From contig OX597840.1 in NCBI GenBank assembly GCA_951406725.2, forward strand, positions 22,878,001 through 22,942,000: a stretch of 64,000 nt of DNA, read 5' to 3'. Below the pieces are notes generated by a model that saw only the letters and a list, made by a program, of their open reading frames with translations, did no database searches and was not told the origin of the DNA. Each line of letters opens with the position of its first letter. Position 1 is the stretch's first letter. The translations under genes were made by a program, and so were the position numbers. Shown piece after piece: positions 1-13,397 of this stretch. The DNA comes from Octopus vulgaris. Its lineage: Eukaryota.

Positions 1-471
1 TTAAAAGTAAAAGATACATTTTAGCCAATTTCATGTGATTTTTCTGAAAGAATAGAAAAAATAATATAAGACATCAAGTAAGTTTAAAAGGCAGATATTC
101 AAAAGTGCAAATTTACGACATTTCTGTTTTCATAAATTGTAGAATTAATTCTTTATCTGAACTATTAAATTTATCCCATCTCTCTATTTTCAAGAGGTTT
201 ATATCACAGACATATCTATCGTAATAACACCTCCTGGACATTGTGTCTGTCCTAGACACACACCAATATACATGTCAATGACAGTAGATATTTGATGGTT
301 TCATCTCAGTCATGTGTCGTATCAACACAGCTTTGTTTGGTAACACAGACATCACTCCTCCTCTGCCTCATTCTGTACATTCGTAAATACACAAATACAT
401 AGATACGGGCAGCTTGATGTCAAAATTCTGTGGAGCTTGAAACATGGAGAAAAGTCAGTAAAGAATCAACA

Positions 472-648
472 TTCTTTTCTACTCTAAGGCACAAAGCTCG
501 AAGTTTTTGAGGAAGGGCCAGTCAATTAGATTGATCCCAGTACACAACTCGTACTTAACTTATCGACCCCGAAAGGATGAAGGGCAAAATCGACCTTGGC
601 GGAATTTGAACTGAGAACGTAAAGACAGACAAAATACTGCTAAGCACG
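472..648 (-). mobile_element. tRNA-derived SINE, same core, different tail (copies at ~24505-24682 +, ~52768-52936 -, degenerate at ~8150-8338 and ~48255-48460)
   Basis: AGTTCAAATTCCGCCAAGGTCGATTTTGCCCTTCATCCTTTCGGGGTCGATAA core; tail GTGCCTTAGAGTAGAAAAGAAT. Confidence 0.8.
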
Positions 649-2569
649 TTATTTTGTATTTTTATCCGTGCTATCTTTATTGTTTTTACGTATTTTCGAA
701 ATTTTTTTTCGAGTGACATCGTCCGTTTTTCCGTCACCGTGTTGTATACTTTCGAGGTTTTCTTCCAAGGAATCTAATGCAATTGGCTTAGATTTTCCTT
801 GGCGGGCTGCCCAGATTGGAGCAATCTCAAGATTAATCAGCCGAAATTGTGAAGATGATCTGGTTCTTGACTGATGACTGAGAGCTTCGAAAGTCCCGTC
901 TGTGTGTTTTTTTGTCGTCTTCAAAATGTTTCACGTTCTTGTCCCAGTTTGTGTTTTTTTAACGTTTACCTATATATGTATATATATATATATATATATA
1001 CATATATAAACACGGTAGAAGTAAAGACCTGAACCCTTCGAAGGGATGTTTAGCATCGAAGTTCCTGAGGAAAATCCTAATTTGTAATTTCAAAAGGATT
1101 ATATTTTCCTCAAAGTTACGAGGGAAAAACTCGGATCTTGTGAATTATCCGACGTCCTCTCCCCACCCCCTTGGAAAAGGTTTTCCCCACAAATTTCTAT
1201 ATAATCTTAATCTATACCGTCTGAATGGTATTTATATAAAATTTCATTTTTAAAAACTCATTTTGAAGGTATGAGGGAAAAGCATTGGATCTTGTGAATT
1301 TTCCGAAGGCCTCACCCCACCCCCGTTGCTTTCTGGGCCTTTTTGTTCTCATATTCGTTCCCTACCCTCTTTTTTTTTACACCGGTTCCCCTTTTTTCTT
1401 TCCATTTCGTTCCCGGGTAATAATGTCAACATACAAGGATGTATATAAAGCTAATTCCGTAAAAATCTATGTGTATATGTTTATATATATATATTGTATG
1501 TATTTATACATGCATAAGTTTCGAAAGATATTAGAATAACGAAATAAAAGTCAGTCATAATAACAGATCTCCCCCAAATCTATTTCCTTAATTTTTAACG
1601 GCGATAGTAAAGAATATGTACACCCGGTCTTTAGGGTTGGTTTTAGTTAGGCCGAAAACGGGTGGTGGACTCGTTCTTTACCTCCGACATTTTTAAACCG
1701 TTTCTAGCACGCATAAAAATTTCGGCCCATATTTTGGCAATTTGGATTTTGAAGTATTTAAAACAAGGTAAAAAAGAAATGAATTCAACTCCTTCGTTTG
1801 CAAATTTTGGGGCGCTGTGGAACCCCACCAAAGACTATTGAGGCACAGCAGCAAGGTTACAGCGTTATAACGGGTGGTGCGCTGAAACAAACCAAGCACC
1901 CTCATGAGGTTCACCAGTTAAAACTACGAATTAAAAAAGAAAAACAGTGGAAAGTTTTGGAATTAAGATGGAGGGAGTTGGTTAAAAAATTTTCTGTTAT
2001 TCTTTCTTTTGCATGATCGTATTAATTCCATTACGCAGAAGACAAACGAAAAAATTTTAAACTTCGTATCCTGGTAGAATCTGTTTATAAAACATCTTTT
2101 TCTCTTGGCTTTATTGAGAAAATTCTACAGTTTGTAAGATATTTGTTGTCTTTTCTTCAATTTCTGCAATTTCAACCAATCAATGAAATCTATTGAGTTA
2201 AAAAAACATTCTGTGCCGTATGAATATGTCCCTCGTTTAAGAAACAGATTGGGGTTATTTACATTTGTGAAGAAAAAAAGATACCCTTCCCACCACCCCT
2301 AAAACAGATTGAAATGCAATAGATCGATACTAGGGTCATAATTATGGGTGACAATTTCATATGACACCACTAGAAAAAACTGCCGTTCAAACCGAAAAGA
2401 TCCAATATTTGTTCTTACAAGCTTCATGTGTGCATGTGAAATCTCGTTTTCTTCTTTTACAGATTTTACCTACACATATGAACAGTGGCCCAGCAACAAA
2501 ATTTGCTAAGGGAGTGCAAACCCAGGTCCTAATTTTTTTAATGAAAAATGTGGATTTTTCCAATGTTAT

Positions 2570-2895
2570 CATATGTCATACACAACACTGCATTTGCCAT
2601 TACCCTCCTCCCACAGACACCACATGGATCCACCTTACTCACCAACACTTCTCCTTCCACCCCACTCACTATCACCTTTGTTTTCCCAAGGTTTACCTTC
2701 AAACCCTTGCTTTCAAATGCCTCCTTCCATTTCCAAAACTTCTCTCTCATCAGAACAAGGTCATCTGCATACAGTATCTCTATTTACAGTCTCTTTCTTG
2801 CATTCTCCTTCTCCACATCAACCACTATTGCAAACAACAATGGTGACAACACAGATCCCTGATGCACACCAACTTTCACCACAAACAAGCTGGTT
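2570..2895 (-). mobile_element. RTE-clade reverse transcriptase fragment (duplicated at ~19462-19785 and ~45520-45795)
   Basis: GVHQGSVLSPLLF, LYADDL, GLKVNLGKTK, CGVCG motifs. Confidence 0.8.
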
Positions 2896-2913
2896 ACTAT
2901 ATATATATATATA

Positions 2914-3326
2914 CCGTAAATCCTCGAGTATAGTCCGCCCTTGAGTATAACACCTAAACCTAAACCTTGTGTATAATACACACCCCTTCTCTAACTTGAG
3001 TCGTACGTAATTAAGCCAGCAGCACCTAGTCAAACAAACACTTCCACGCATGCGTAATAAAATAATGGTGATGTTTTTAACTGTTATATGGGAATGTAAA
3101 TATTGGATGATTATTTTATGACTTCATTGCTTTCAGGCTTAGCTTAAGGTATTTTCGCGCCCGACATCACAAAATGTGTCTGAATAAGCATTGCCTGACA
3201 GCAAATAGAGACTCGGACATTGCTTAGAAAATATTTTTCATTTTTAACCTCATATATAGTACGCACTAGGGATTTTGACCGATAAATTTTGGGAAAACAA
3301 TGCGGATTATACTCAAGGATTTACGG
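2914..3326. mobile_element. Tc1/mariner-superfamily (Tc2/pogo-like) MITE
   Basis: TIR CCGTAAATCCTCGAGTATA flanked by TA. Confidence 0.75.
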
Positions 3327-4113
3327 TATACATATATATTATTTTTGTGGGCGGTTTGGATGATGTTTTTTGCAGAGTAATTACATAACACATAAGGACA
3401 GTGGAGAAAAGTTTGATATTATTTATTCAGCATTACATGTGTTTCATTTCCTAATAGGAATTACAAACTTATAGATGTGTAGAAAACATGTAAGATATTT
3501 CTTATAAGAAAATCTTCAGACATACATAAGTGTGTGTGTGTGCACCCTTGTCCAGATATTATGTGGTGTTCATAAATGGCCATCATGACCGTCATACTTG
3601 TGCAGTTGTTCATTTCCAGTCTTGTGTGTAAAATATGTCTCACCAGGGAAAATATTTCCTTGCTTGGAAACAGGGAAGGTATCAATGAATTCAATCCGAT
3701 CCATACAAGAATGTAAAAGTGAATGTTAAATGATGAGGATCATCATCATCGTAGTGATATGGTTCCTCTTCTGTTTGAATTCATTTATGTTATAATTGAT
3801 CATTATCAGATATCTTAGGGTATGGCATATTCTTCATATTAACAGGACTGTCTACAAACAATTCACCATTTTGAAAGAATGATTCAGGTTTAACATCACA
3901 GTGATATGTTTTCCTTCCTCTGTCAATGCTCTTTTGATTCAATAATGGATGATTTCATGTCAAAGATTTACTATAGATGTCACATTCATATAGTTTCTAT
4001 ATTCTGTGGTTGTCTTTATAAGATACGTCCTTTGTCCTTCTGAGGAAATGTTATACAACAAATATCACTGTGTTGTGGACCCACTGCATAAGGAAAGACT
4101 TCTGTTTAAATCA

Positions 4114-4248
<135 letters not shown>

Positions 4249-5193
4249 CTACCCTGTATGAAAACGTTTGTGTTGAGTTAAGCCACTGTTCTGAGAGAAT
4301 GATTTACCACAGATATCACAGTGATATGGTTTCTCCCCACTATGGATACGTGTGTGTTCAGTTAAGCCACTGTTTTGAGAGAATGATTTACTACAAATAT
4401 CACAGTGATATGGTTTCTCCCCTGTATGAATACGTTTGTGTCTAGCTAAGTTACTGTCACTAGATAATGATTTACCAGAGATATCACAGCGAAATGGTTT
4501 CTTTTCTGTATGAATATGTTTGTGAGTAGTTAAGCTACCAATATGAGAGAATGATTTACCACAGATATCACAGGAATATGGTTTCTCACCTGTATGGATA
4601 CGTGTGTGTTTAGTTAAGCTGCTGCTTTCTGAGAATGATTTACCACAGATATCACAGGAATATGGTTTCTCACCTGTATGAATACGCTTGTGATTAGTTA
4701 AGCTACTGCCAACAGAGAATGATTTACCACAGATATCACAGGGATATGGTTTCTCCCCTGTATGAATACGTTTATGTTTAGTTAAGCAGCTGCTTTCTGA
4801 GAATGATCTTCCACAGATATCACAGGAATATGGTTTCTCACCTGTATGAATACGCTTGTGTTTAGTTAAGCTGCTGCTTACTGAGAATGATTCACCACAG
4901 ATATCACAGGAATATGGTTTCTCACCTGTATGGATACGTGTGTGTTTAGTTAAGCTGCTGCTTTCAGAGAATGATTCACCACAGATATCACAGGAATATG
5001 GTTTCTCCCCTGTATGAACCCGTTTGTGAGTTGTCAAGTTACTGCAAACAGAGAATGATTTACCACAGATATCACAGTGATATGGTGCTTGCTCTGTATG
5101 AATACGTTTGTGTTGATTGAATTTACTTTCTTCTAAGAATGATTCTTCACAGATGTCACAGTCATATGATGATTTTCCTAATTCTTTCGACAT
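4249..5193 (-). CDS. Tandem C2H2 zinc-finger protein, ~11 fingers (one broken, CDISG), no effector domain
   Basis: 314-aa ORF of CxxC-x12-HxxxH repeats with TGEKPY linkers; starts [10 protein letters not shown] like its paralogues; ends HTG-TAG. Confidence 0.9.
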   Translation of the reverse strand: MSKELGKSSYDCDICEESFLEESKFNQHKRIHTEQAPYHCDICGKSFSVCSNLTTHKRVHTGEKPYSCDICGESFSESSSLTKHTRIHTGEKPYSCDICGESFSVSSSLTKHKRIHTGEKPYSCDICGRSFSESSCLTKHKRIHTGEKPYPCDICGKSFSVGSSLTNHKRIHTGEKPYSCDICGKSFSESSSLTKHTRIHTGEKPYSCDICGKSFSHIGSLTTHKHIHTEKKPFRCDISGKSLSSDSNLARHKRIHTGEKPYHCDICSKSFSQNSGLTEHTRIHSGEKPYHCDICGKSFSQNSGLTQHKRFHTG

Positions 5194-5794
5194 CTCTTCA
5201 AGAAAAATATAATCAATCCTTCAAGTTGTACAGATCAACAACTTTTCAATACTATTTCTCCTCTCACCAAAATTTATGGATATTTTTCTTCTTTTTGCTT
5301 TTATAGTTTATTCCAAACAAATATCACTTCTCTTATATTTCTCCTAAATGTGATCAATGCCAATATTTAAAAATGTCGCAAATACTCTTTGGAAATCTAT
5401 CAAAGTATATTTAAAAGAGAAAATTATCTCTTGCACATTTCAGACACAGAAGTAAAGAAATGCTTTCTCTCTCGGAGGAAATATTTTACTGTAATTCAGC
5501 AATGTTTTATAGAAGCAGGATTATACGTTTGTAGAATATCTTTGCAGAGTCTTTCAAACATGATACATATTGATGATTCTTTAAAAGTAAAAAGTACTTT
5601 TTAGCCAATTTCATGTGATTTTCTGAAAGAATACAAAAATAATATAAGACAAGTTTGTTTAAAAGGCAGATATTCAAAAGTGCAAATTTACGACATTTCT
5701 GTTTTCATAAACTGTACAAGTAATTCTTTATCTGAACTATTATATTTATCCCATCTCTCTGTTTTCAAGAAGTTTATATCAGGGAGTAGACCAC

Positions 5795-6055
5795 ACTGTT
5801 GTTCCTTCTCGAGCCATGCCAGGCTCATAAGAGCCGGTTTCCTTGATGTGTAGGTTCTCCACCTGGATGGGACGCTAGTCCGTCACAGGTAAGTTGCAAG
5901 ATGCAGGAGGATAGAGTGAGGAAGTTGCAGCGAAAGAGTCAGCAGAAGTTTCACCATTACCTTCTGCCGGAGCCGCATGGTGCTTAGGTGTTTCGCTCGG
6001 TCTGAGATTCGAACCCGCGAGTCCACTGCTCTAACCACTAGACCATATGCCTACA
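5795..6055 (-). mobile_element. tRNA-derived SINE, different family
   Basis: A-box TGGTCTAGTGGTT and B-box GGTTCGAATCT on the minus strand; absent at the paralogous position ~11860. Confidence 0.7.
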
Positions 6056-6427
6056 CCAGACTACACTGTTATAAACCCAAACTCGAATACCAAAGTTTAA
6101 AAGGCTTCAATCGACTGAAAAATACAGCAATATACAATACAAAGATTGCTAAATTGTAAGCAAAACGAAACTTCAACGCAATAATATTTTTATGCAGCAA
6201 GTTGCTACATTCCAGACTCCCTAAAACCAAAGTTGAACATGATGTCTGCAAAACAGAACAGAACTCCGTGCAGTCGTCGTGCAGCCATATAACAGCAGCA
6301 ACCAAAATCACGTGATGAAAACCCAAATCCCAATACACACTTAAAACCATTCTCAAAGACTTTTGATTATTATTATTATTTTAATGGACATAAAAATGTT
6401 TATAATGCTTCAAGCACAAAAATCGAG

Positions 6428-6837
6428 GGATCTTTTCGGTTTGAACGGCAGTTTTTAAAAATAATTTCCTCGTAACTAAACACTTTTAAATTTCGTATAC
6501 TGGTATAAAGTGTTTATAAAACATCTTTTTCTCTTGGCTTTATTGAGAAAATTCTATAGTTTGTATGATATTTGTTGTTGTTTTTCTTCAATTTCTGCAA
6601 TTTCAACCAATCACTGACGTCTATTGAGGTAAAAAATCATTCTGTGCCATATGAATATGTCCCTCGTTTAAGAAACAGATTGGGTTTATTTTCATTTCTG
6701 AAGAAAAAAAGATACCCTTCCCCCCACCCCTAACCCTAAAAGAGATTGAACTGCAATAGATCGATACTAGGGTCATAATTATGGGTGACAATTTCGTATG
6801 ACACCGCTAGAAAAAAACTGCCGTTCAAACCGAAAAG
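6428..6837. mobile_element. Merlin-like MITE (~410 bp)
   Basis: TIR GGATCTTTTCGGTTTGAACGGCAGTTTTT at both ends, right end clipped. Confidence 0.75.
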
Positions 6838-7500
6838 TTATTAGTGACTGATTTGAGTAAACTAAATTTCACACCGCGATAAATTTTAAACAATGGCTAA
6901 TCAGCCTTTATTTTATATGTCGTGTCGATTTTTTTTCTATATCTTCACAACAAATGTTCGAGTAAAAGATTATATAAACGGGTTTTTATATTTATTTTTG
7001 GTCAAATTAGGTACTTTCTGCTGTTTCAATTCAAAGCCCTTTCATTTCGTCTGTATACGATATTGCCTTTTCGTTTCAGTATTTCAAGTGCACAATCGTA
7101 CTTTTATACATTCCCTATCTTTTCTTACAAATTACATCGTAATTTACCTGCATTTAACTAAATTGTCTAAAAGAGTAATTTTATCTGAACGAGGTATTAA
7201 TCTGACATTAAGAAATATAGGAAATAACGGCGATCCGGAAGGCGTAGACACAAGTGCGATGAAATATCTAAAAGAGAAGGGATAACACAATGATACTTAC
7301 TCTTTACAACGAACGTTACTTCATATTTTGCAGATCGACATAATAAAAATGCTGAAATTGTTTCTTTAGACATTTAATTACCAATCATTTGTATAGTTTT
7401 GATTGGGTTTCCTCTTAAATATCAGTTTGAAAGTGAAAGTGATCAAACAATCAAGGTGCGCGAGAAACAGGAGGAGGAAATGAAATTAGGAAGAGTTAAC

Positions 7501-7516
7501 AAGGGGAACTAACTCC
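7501..7516 (-). promoter_or_regulatory. Empty GGAGTTAGTTCCCCTT motif heading the putative non-coding exon 1 of the 4249..5193 gene
   Basis: Followed on the minus strand by a conserved ~130-nt block ending in ATGATTG|GTAATT; promoter role is inferred. Confidence 0.55.
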
Positions 7517-7574
7517 ATTCTTTAAATAATTGCGGCTTTTCCTTTTTTGTTGCTCTGCATCTTTTCAAAACTTA

Positions 7575-7870
7575 TAATAATAATAATAATGAAATTATTG
7601 TATACAGTTCTCAGGTGCACCACAACTTGTCAAAAGTGCGTATAAAGTATATGCAGTAATGTACAAATGCCTGGGATGTGAACAATGTATGAGTCAGATA
7701 CATGCTTGCGTGTGTATGGAGGGGAGAAAATCAGGTGTAGTGTTGGCGAATCTCAGGAAGTTCTGAAGGATGCAGTGCTCTGACAACTAACAACTGATGT
7801 CAGCAGTTTGTTCCATGCCTCAGCAACTCTCAGCGTGAAAAAATGTTTCCTAAAGTCATGGGAGCTGTGC
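7575..7870 (-). mobile_element. CR1-type LINE 3' fragment
   Basis: HDFRKHFFTLRVAEAWNKL C-terminal motif and (ATT)n tail. Confidence 0.68.
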
Positions 7871-10146
7871 TTTATGTCTTTACTAATTCTATAAATACAT
7901 ATTTATATAATCTTTCAGTTTATCCAAAATCCAAAACTGAAAATGAGAAATCAGGAAGAAAGAAAAAAATAGAAAAGGAAAAATAAAACATCAAAACAAA
8001 CACCCATTCAACAAGTTCCTCAATTGGTCGCACAGTACAACGTTCCATGGGACCTCAAGGAACATGCCAACATGGTCGTGGCATTTCCACGGGTGAGAGT
8101 GAAGATAAGAGACTGGAATTAATGGTTTTGAGATATTGGAACAAGGCCGGAAATTCCACAGGAAGCATTGAATTGATTATCTCAACTCCAGTGCTCAAAA
8201 GGGGCTTCTTTTCATCAAACCCATCTCTGGATGTAGGACTAAGTCCACCTTGGCAGAATTTAAATGCAAATGTCATGTCAGAAGAACCACAGCTAAGTAT
8301 TTTCCCCAATGTGCTAACGACCCTGCCAGTTCGCCACCTTAGTTTATTATTAATTACTAGTGGGACCCATGTAAATTCTACAGAATGAAAAAAATTAAGA
8401 GGACCTATTTAAGAAAGAGAGGATGATTTGCATTTTTATAGCATTCATAGTTTTAGCTTTCTTTGAATATACTTGGCATCTGTCTACATCCAATTCCTCA
8501 CAACACCATCGGTGCCATCTTTTTTATTATATCTTCTTAGTGTTCCATGCTCTAGATCTGTGCATCTTTTCTCAAGCAGCTTGCAACTGTGTCTCTTGTG
8601 AATCCATAGTTTAGGCTAAATTAATCCTTAGAAACAAATATCAATCTCTTAAGTGAGAAGGCGATAAATAATTGCACAGAAGTGCAAGTGTTGAGTGATG
8701 GTCTCTATAAAAAAAAGAAATTCCTTTTCGCAATCAACCCACCACTATCATCATAACATTCATACCTTCAGCTTTGTTAAATATACTTGGCATCCGTAAT
8801 AATTGCACCAAAGTGCAAGTGTTGAGTGATGGTCTCTATAAAAAAAAGAAATTCCTTTTCACTATCAACACACCACCACCATCATCTCTCTCTCTCTCTG
8901 CCTTTCTTTAATATCACCATCAGAACATCACCCCTCTGCTAAGATTATATTTCTAACTCTTCTCTATATCACAACCTTCAGCTAGCTTTTTTAACCATAA
9001 AATAACTATTACATTCCCCCTCATCACATGTCATGCTTGCTTCTTTCTTAGTCTTTTTGTCTCTCCTTTTTTTTTTCTTTCTCTATTTGCCTCACTCTTT
9101 GTCTTATCATCTTTTCTCTCTCTACCCCCTTTTCTCTAATAACATGAAAGTGTTACTGACGAGCTAAGTAACAGAATGAGAAGCAGAATTATTATAAGAT
9201 CACCTTACTCTATTTCTCCCTCCCTTTTCTCCACTTCTGTCCCCACCCCTCATTTATTCCACTAATCTAATGAAAGCATAACAGCTGTACAAACAAGCTG
9301 GTTATTATATATGTACATAAATATTATTTTTGTCTGAGGTTTGGATAATATTTTTTGCAGAGTAATTACATATCACATAAGAAGACTGGAAAACAGTTTG
9401 ATAGTATTTATTCAGCATTACATGTGTTTCATTACCTAATAGGAATTACAAACTTTTAGACAAAGAGAAAACATGTAAAATATCTCCTATAAGAAATTCT
9501 TCATATATACATATATACACGTGTGTGAGTGTGTGTGTGTGTGTGTATGCACAAGTGAGTGTATCCTTGTCCAGATATTATGTGATGTCCGTAAATGGCC
9601 ATCACGACCATCATACTTGTGCAGTTCTTCATTTCCAGTCCTCTGTGTAAAATATGTCTCACCAGGGAAAATATTTCCTTGCTCGGAAACAGGTGAGGAT
9701 TGGTGACAAGAAAGGGTACCCAGCCCAGGAAAATCCCCATCAATGAATTCCATCTGATCCATTGGAGCATGGAAAAGCGAATTTTAAATGATGATGATTA
9801 TCATCATTGTAGTGATATGGTTCCTCTTCTGTATGAATGCAGTTATGTTTTAATAATTGATCATTTTCATAGATTGACTTAGCACAAATGTCTTAGGGTA
9901 TGGTTTTATCTTTCATATTAATATGACTGTGTATAATTCTCCATTTTCATAGAATGATTAAGCACTGCTATCACAGTGATATGTTTTCCTTCCTCTGTCA
10001 ATGCTCTTTTGATTCGTTAATGGATCATTTCAAATGAAAGGCTTACCATTGATATCACATTCATATAGTTTCTTTCTTGTGTAGAGGGTTTTATGAGATA
10101 CAAACTTGTCCTTCTGAAGGAATGTTATACAACCAATGTCACTGTG

Positions 10147-11268
10147 TTATGGATCAACTTCACAACGATTACACTTGTGTTTAATTGAGAGATGTTTTTG
10201 TGAGAATGATTTACCACAGATGTCACAGCGATATGGTTCCTCACCTGTATGAATACGCTTGTGTTTGGTTAAGCTACTGCTAACAGAGAATGATTTACCA
10301 CAGATATCACAGTGGTATGGTTTCTCCCCTGTATGAATACGTGTATGTTGAGTTAAGTGACTGCTAACAGTGAATGATTTACCACAGATATTACAGTGAT
10401 ATGGTTTCTCTCCTGTATGAATACGTTTATGTTTAGTTAAGCTACTGCCATCAGAGCATGACTCACCACAGATATCACAGTGGTATGGTTTGTCCCCTGT
10501 ATGAATACGCTTGTGAATAGCTAAGCTATGAGCACGAGAGAATGATCTACCGCAGATATCACAGTGATATGGTTTGTCTCCTGTATGAATACGCTTGTGA
10601 ATAGTTAAGCTATGAGCATAAGAGAATGATTTACCGCAGATATCACAGTGATATGGTTTGTCTCCCGTATGAATACGCTTGTGAATAGTTAAGCTATGAG
10701 CACAAGAGAATGATTTACCGCAGATATCACAGTGATATGGTTTGTCTCCCGTATGAATACGTTTGTGTTTAATTAAGGTAGTGCTATCAGAGAATGATTT
10801 ACCACAGATTTCACAGTGATATGGTTTGTCCCCTGTATGAATACGCTTGTGTTTGGTTAAGCTACTGCCATCAGAGAATGATTTACCGCAGATATCACAG
10901 TGATATGGTTTCTCCCCTGTATGAATACGTGTATGTCGAATTAAGTGACTGTGATGTGAGAATGATGTACCACAGATGCTACAGCTATATGGTTTCTCCC
11001 CTGTATGAATACGTTTGTGGTTGGGTAAGCTACTGCCATCAGAGAATGATTTACCACAGATATCACAGTGATATGGTTTCTCACCTGTATGAATACGCTT
11101 GTGTTTGGTTAAGCTACTGCGAACAGAGAATGATTTACCACAGATATCACAGTGATATGGTGCTTCCCCTTTATGAATTTGTTTGTGTTGATTGAATTTA
11201 CTTTCTTCTAAGAATGACTCTTTGCAGATGTCACAGTCATATGATGATTTTCCTAATTCTTCAGACAT
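10147..11268 (-). CDS. Tandem C2H2 zinc-finger protein, ~13 fingers
   Basis: 373-aa ORF of C2H2 repeats; C-terminus (..EVDP*) shared with 50131..51336. Confidence 0.92.
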   Translation of the reverse strand: MSEELGKSSYDCDICKESFLEESKFNQHKQIHKGEAPYHCDICGKSFSVRSSLTKHKRIHTGEKPYHCDICGKSFSDGSSLPNHKRIHTGEKPYSCSICGTSFSHHSHLIRHTRIHTGEKPYHCDICGKSFSDGSSLTKHKRIHTGDKPYHCEICGKSFSDSTTLIKHKRIHTGDKPYHCDICGKSFSCAHSLTIHKRIHTGDKPYHCDICGKSFSYAHSLTIHKRIHTGDKPYHCDICGRSFSRAHSLAIHKRIHTGDKPYHCDICGESCSDGSSLTKHKRIHTGEKPYHCNICGKSFTVSSHLTQHTRIHTGEKPYHCDICGKSFSVSSSLTKHKRIHTGEEPYRCDICGKSFSQKHLSIKHKCNRCEVDP

Positions 11269-11969
11269 CTCTTCAAGAAAAATAAACCTGAACCTTCTTC
11301 AAGTTGTACAGATCAACAACTTTTCAATAATTTCTCTCCTCTCACCAAAATATATGGATATTTTTCTTCTCTTTGCTTTTATAGTTTATTCCAAACAAAT
11401 ATCACTTCTTTTATATTTCTTCTAAATGTGATCAATGCCAATATTTAAAAATGCTGCAAATACTTTTTCGAAATCTATCAAAGTATATTTAAAAGAGAAA
11501 ATTATCTCTTGCACATTTCAGAAGTAAAGAAATGTTTTCTCTCTCAGAGGAAATATTTTACTGTAATTCAGCAATGTTTTATAGAAGCAGGAGTATACGT
11601 TTATAGAATATCTTTGCAGAGTCTTTCAAACATGATACATATTGATGATTCTTTAAAAGTAAAAAATACTTTTTAGCCAATTTCATGTGATTTTCTGAAA
11701 GAATAGAAAAAATAATATAAGACATCAAGTATGTTTAAAAGGCAGATATTCAAAAGTGCAAATTTATGACATTTCTGTTTTCATAAATTGTAGAAGCAAT
11801 TCTTTATCTGAACTACTAAACTTATCCCATCTCTCTATTTTCAAGAAGTTTATATCAGGGAGTAGACACATGTATTATAATAACATCTCCTGGACATTAA
11901 TTCTGTCCTAGACACACACACACATACCAATATACATGTCAATGGCACTAGATATCGGATGTTTTCATC

Positions 11970-12190
11970 TGAAGGGGTTTTCTCCAGTGTCTGAGTATGC
12001 TTGGGTCTAGTTAGGCAAATACTAACAGAGAATGATTCACCAATGATGTCACAGTGATATGGCTTCTTCCCTCAATGAACTCTTGTGTGAGTAGTGAAGT
12101 TACCTCTTTGATAGAATTACTTGCCACAGATATTACAGTGATCTGGTTTCTTCTCTAAATTAATACGTTTGTGTTGCGTTAAGCTGATGC
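11970..12190 (-). pseudogene. Degenerate C2H2 finger fragment upstream of the 10147..11268 gene
   Basis: Minus-strand translation KPDHCNICGK*FYQRGNFTTHTRVH*GKKPYHCDIIGESFS, resembling 25920-26070. Confidence 0.7.
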
Positions 12191-13382
12191 CACTGTAGCA
12201 GATTCCAAACTACCTTTCATTTGGTGACGCTAAATTGCCCTTATATCAAACACTTTCTCCTCTGAAAAGGTAAAATTGTTTTTCTTAACCGAAAGGGTTT
12301 CTCCCCTGTTTTTTGAGTGCCAGAATCAGTCTGGAGAAAAGAAGGGCCAAAATCGGTCTAGAGTGTGTTTGTGGAGGGGAGTTTGTTGAAAAGAGGGAAC
12401 AAACTCAAAGGTAACCCATGCTGTATGCAGTCACTTTGCATGCTAGAAATAGCAGGGATTTATTATGTTCTTTTTTTAAACGACATATGACTCAATTAAG
12501 ATAATGTTTCCTCTTAATTCGGTTTTGTATTTCCTAATTATAAAAATGTGAAACCACACTTAAAACCATTCTCAGTGACTTTTGATCATTATTATTATTA
12601 TAATGTCTATATATTTTAATGGACATAAAAATGTTTATAATGCTTCAAGCATGAAAATTAAATTATTGCTGACTGATTTGAGTAAACTAAATTTCACAAG
12701 GCGCTAGTTTTTAAACAATAGTGATCAGCCTTCATTTTATATGTCGTGTAGATTTTTTTTTTTATCTTATCTACAAATTTTTGAGTAAAATATTATATAA
12801 ACGGATTTTTATATTTATTTTTGGTCAAATTAGGTACTTTCTGCTGTTTCAATTCAAAGACCTTTCATTTCGTCTGTATACCATATTGCCTTTTCGTTTC
12901 AGTAATTCAAGTGCACAATCGTACTTTTATACATTCCCCATCTTTTCTTACAAATTACATCGTAATTATTAAAAGAACAGCCTTACTTTCATATAATTTC
13001 TTCTTTGTTTGGTGAGATTCTTTCTTTTAACTTATTCAACACATGGAAACAAACAGATGTACGTAATATGATACTTAATACAATAGAAATGTCTTTAAAA
13101 TACTTACATAGTAATTGATATAAAGAGAGAGTCAACGAGTCAGAGCGGACTCTGACAGCTTCAAGAGAATTTCTTCCTTTTTCCAAAGAACGTTACTTCG
13201 TATTTTTCAGGTCCACATAATCGTAAATGCTGTATCTGTTTGTTTAGACAGTTAATTACCAATCATTTGTATATATTTGATTGGATTTTCTCTTAAATAT
13301 CAGTCGTAAAGTGGAACTGATCAAACAATGAAGGTGCGTGAGAAACAAGAACAAGAAATACACTTAATGAGGAAGACTCAAC

Positions 13383-13397
13383 AAGGGGAACTAACTC
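13383..13397 (-). promoter_or_regulatory. Empty GAGTTAGTTCCCCTT motif heading the putative exon 1 of the 10147..11268 gene
   Basis: Same downstream exon-like block as at 33888 and 53914. Confidence 0.55.

Noticed and set aside
650-930. Repeat shared with ~46950-47095, containing CTGATGA..GAAA
   Set aside because: No pairing stem II, and the second copy lacks the core, so it is not called a ribozyme; unclassified repeat.
1010-2050. ~1-kb repeat with short ORFs, mirrored at 22335-23385
   Set aside because: Probably a non-autonomous transposon inside the duplicated block, but no TIR, TSD or protein motif could be established.
5389-5604. Recurrent 71-aa ORF (MEIYQSIFKR..), also at 16925 and 51532
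   Set aside because: TTG start, antisense to the duplicated ZNF 5' UTR; recurrence reflects duplication and the frame is broken in other copies.
10794-11195. Antisense repetitive ORFs ([11 protein letters not shown]..), also at 4242, 17182, 17665, 36944-37843, 43473 and 50610
   Set aside because: Shadow frames of the C2H2 repeats on the opposite strand.
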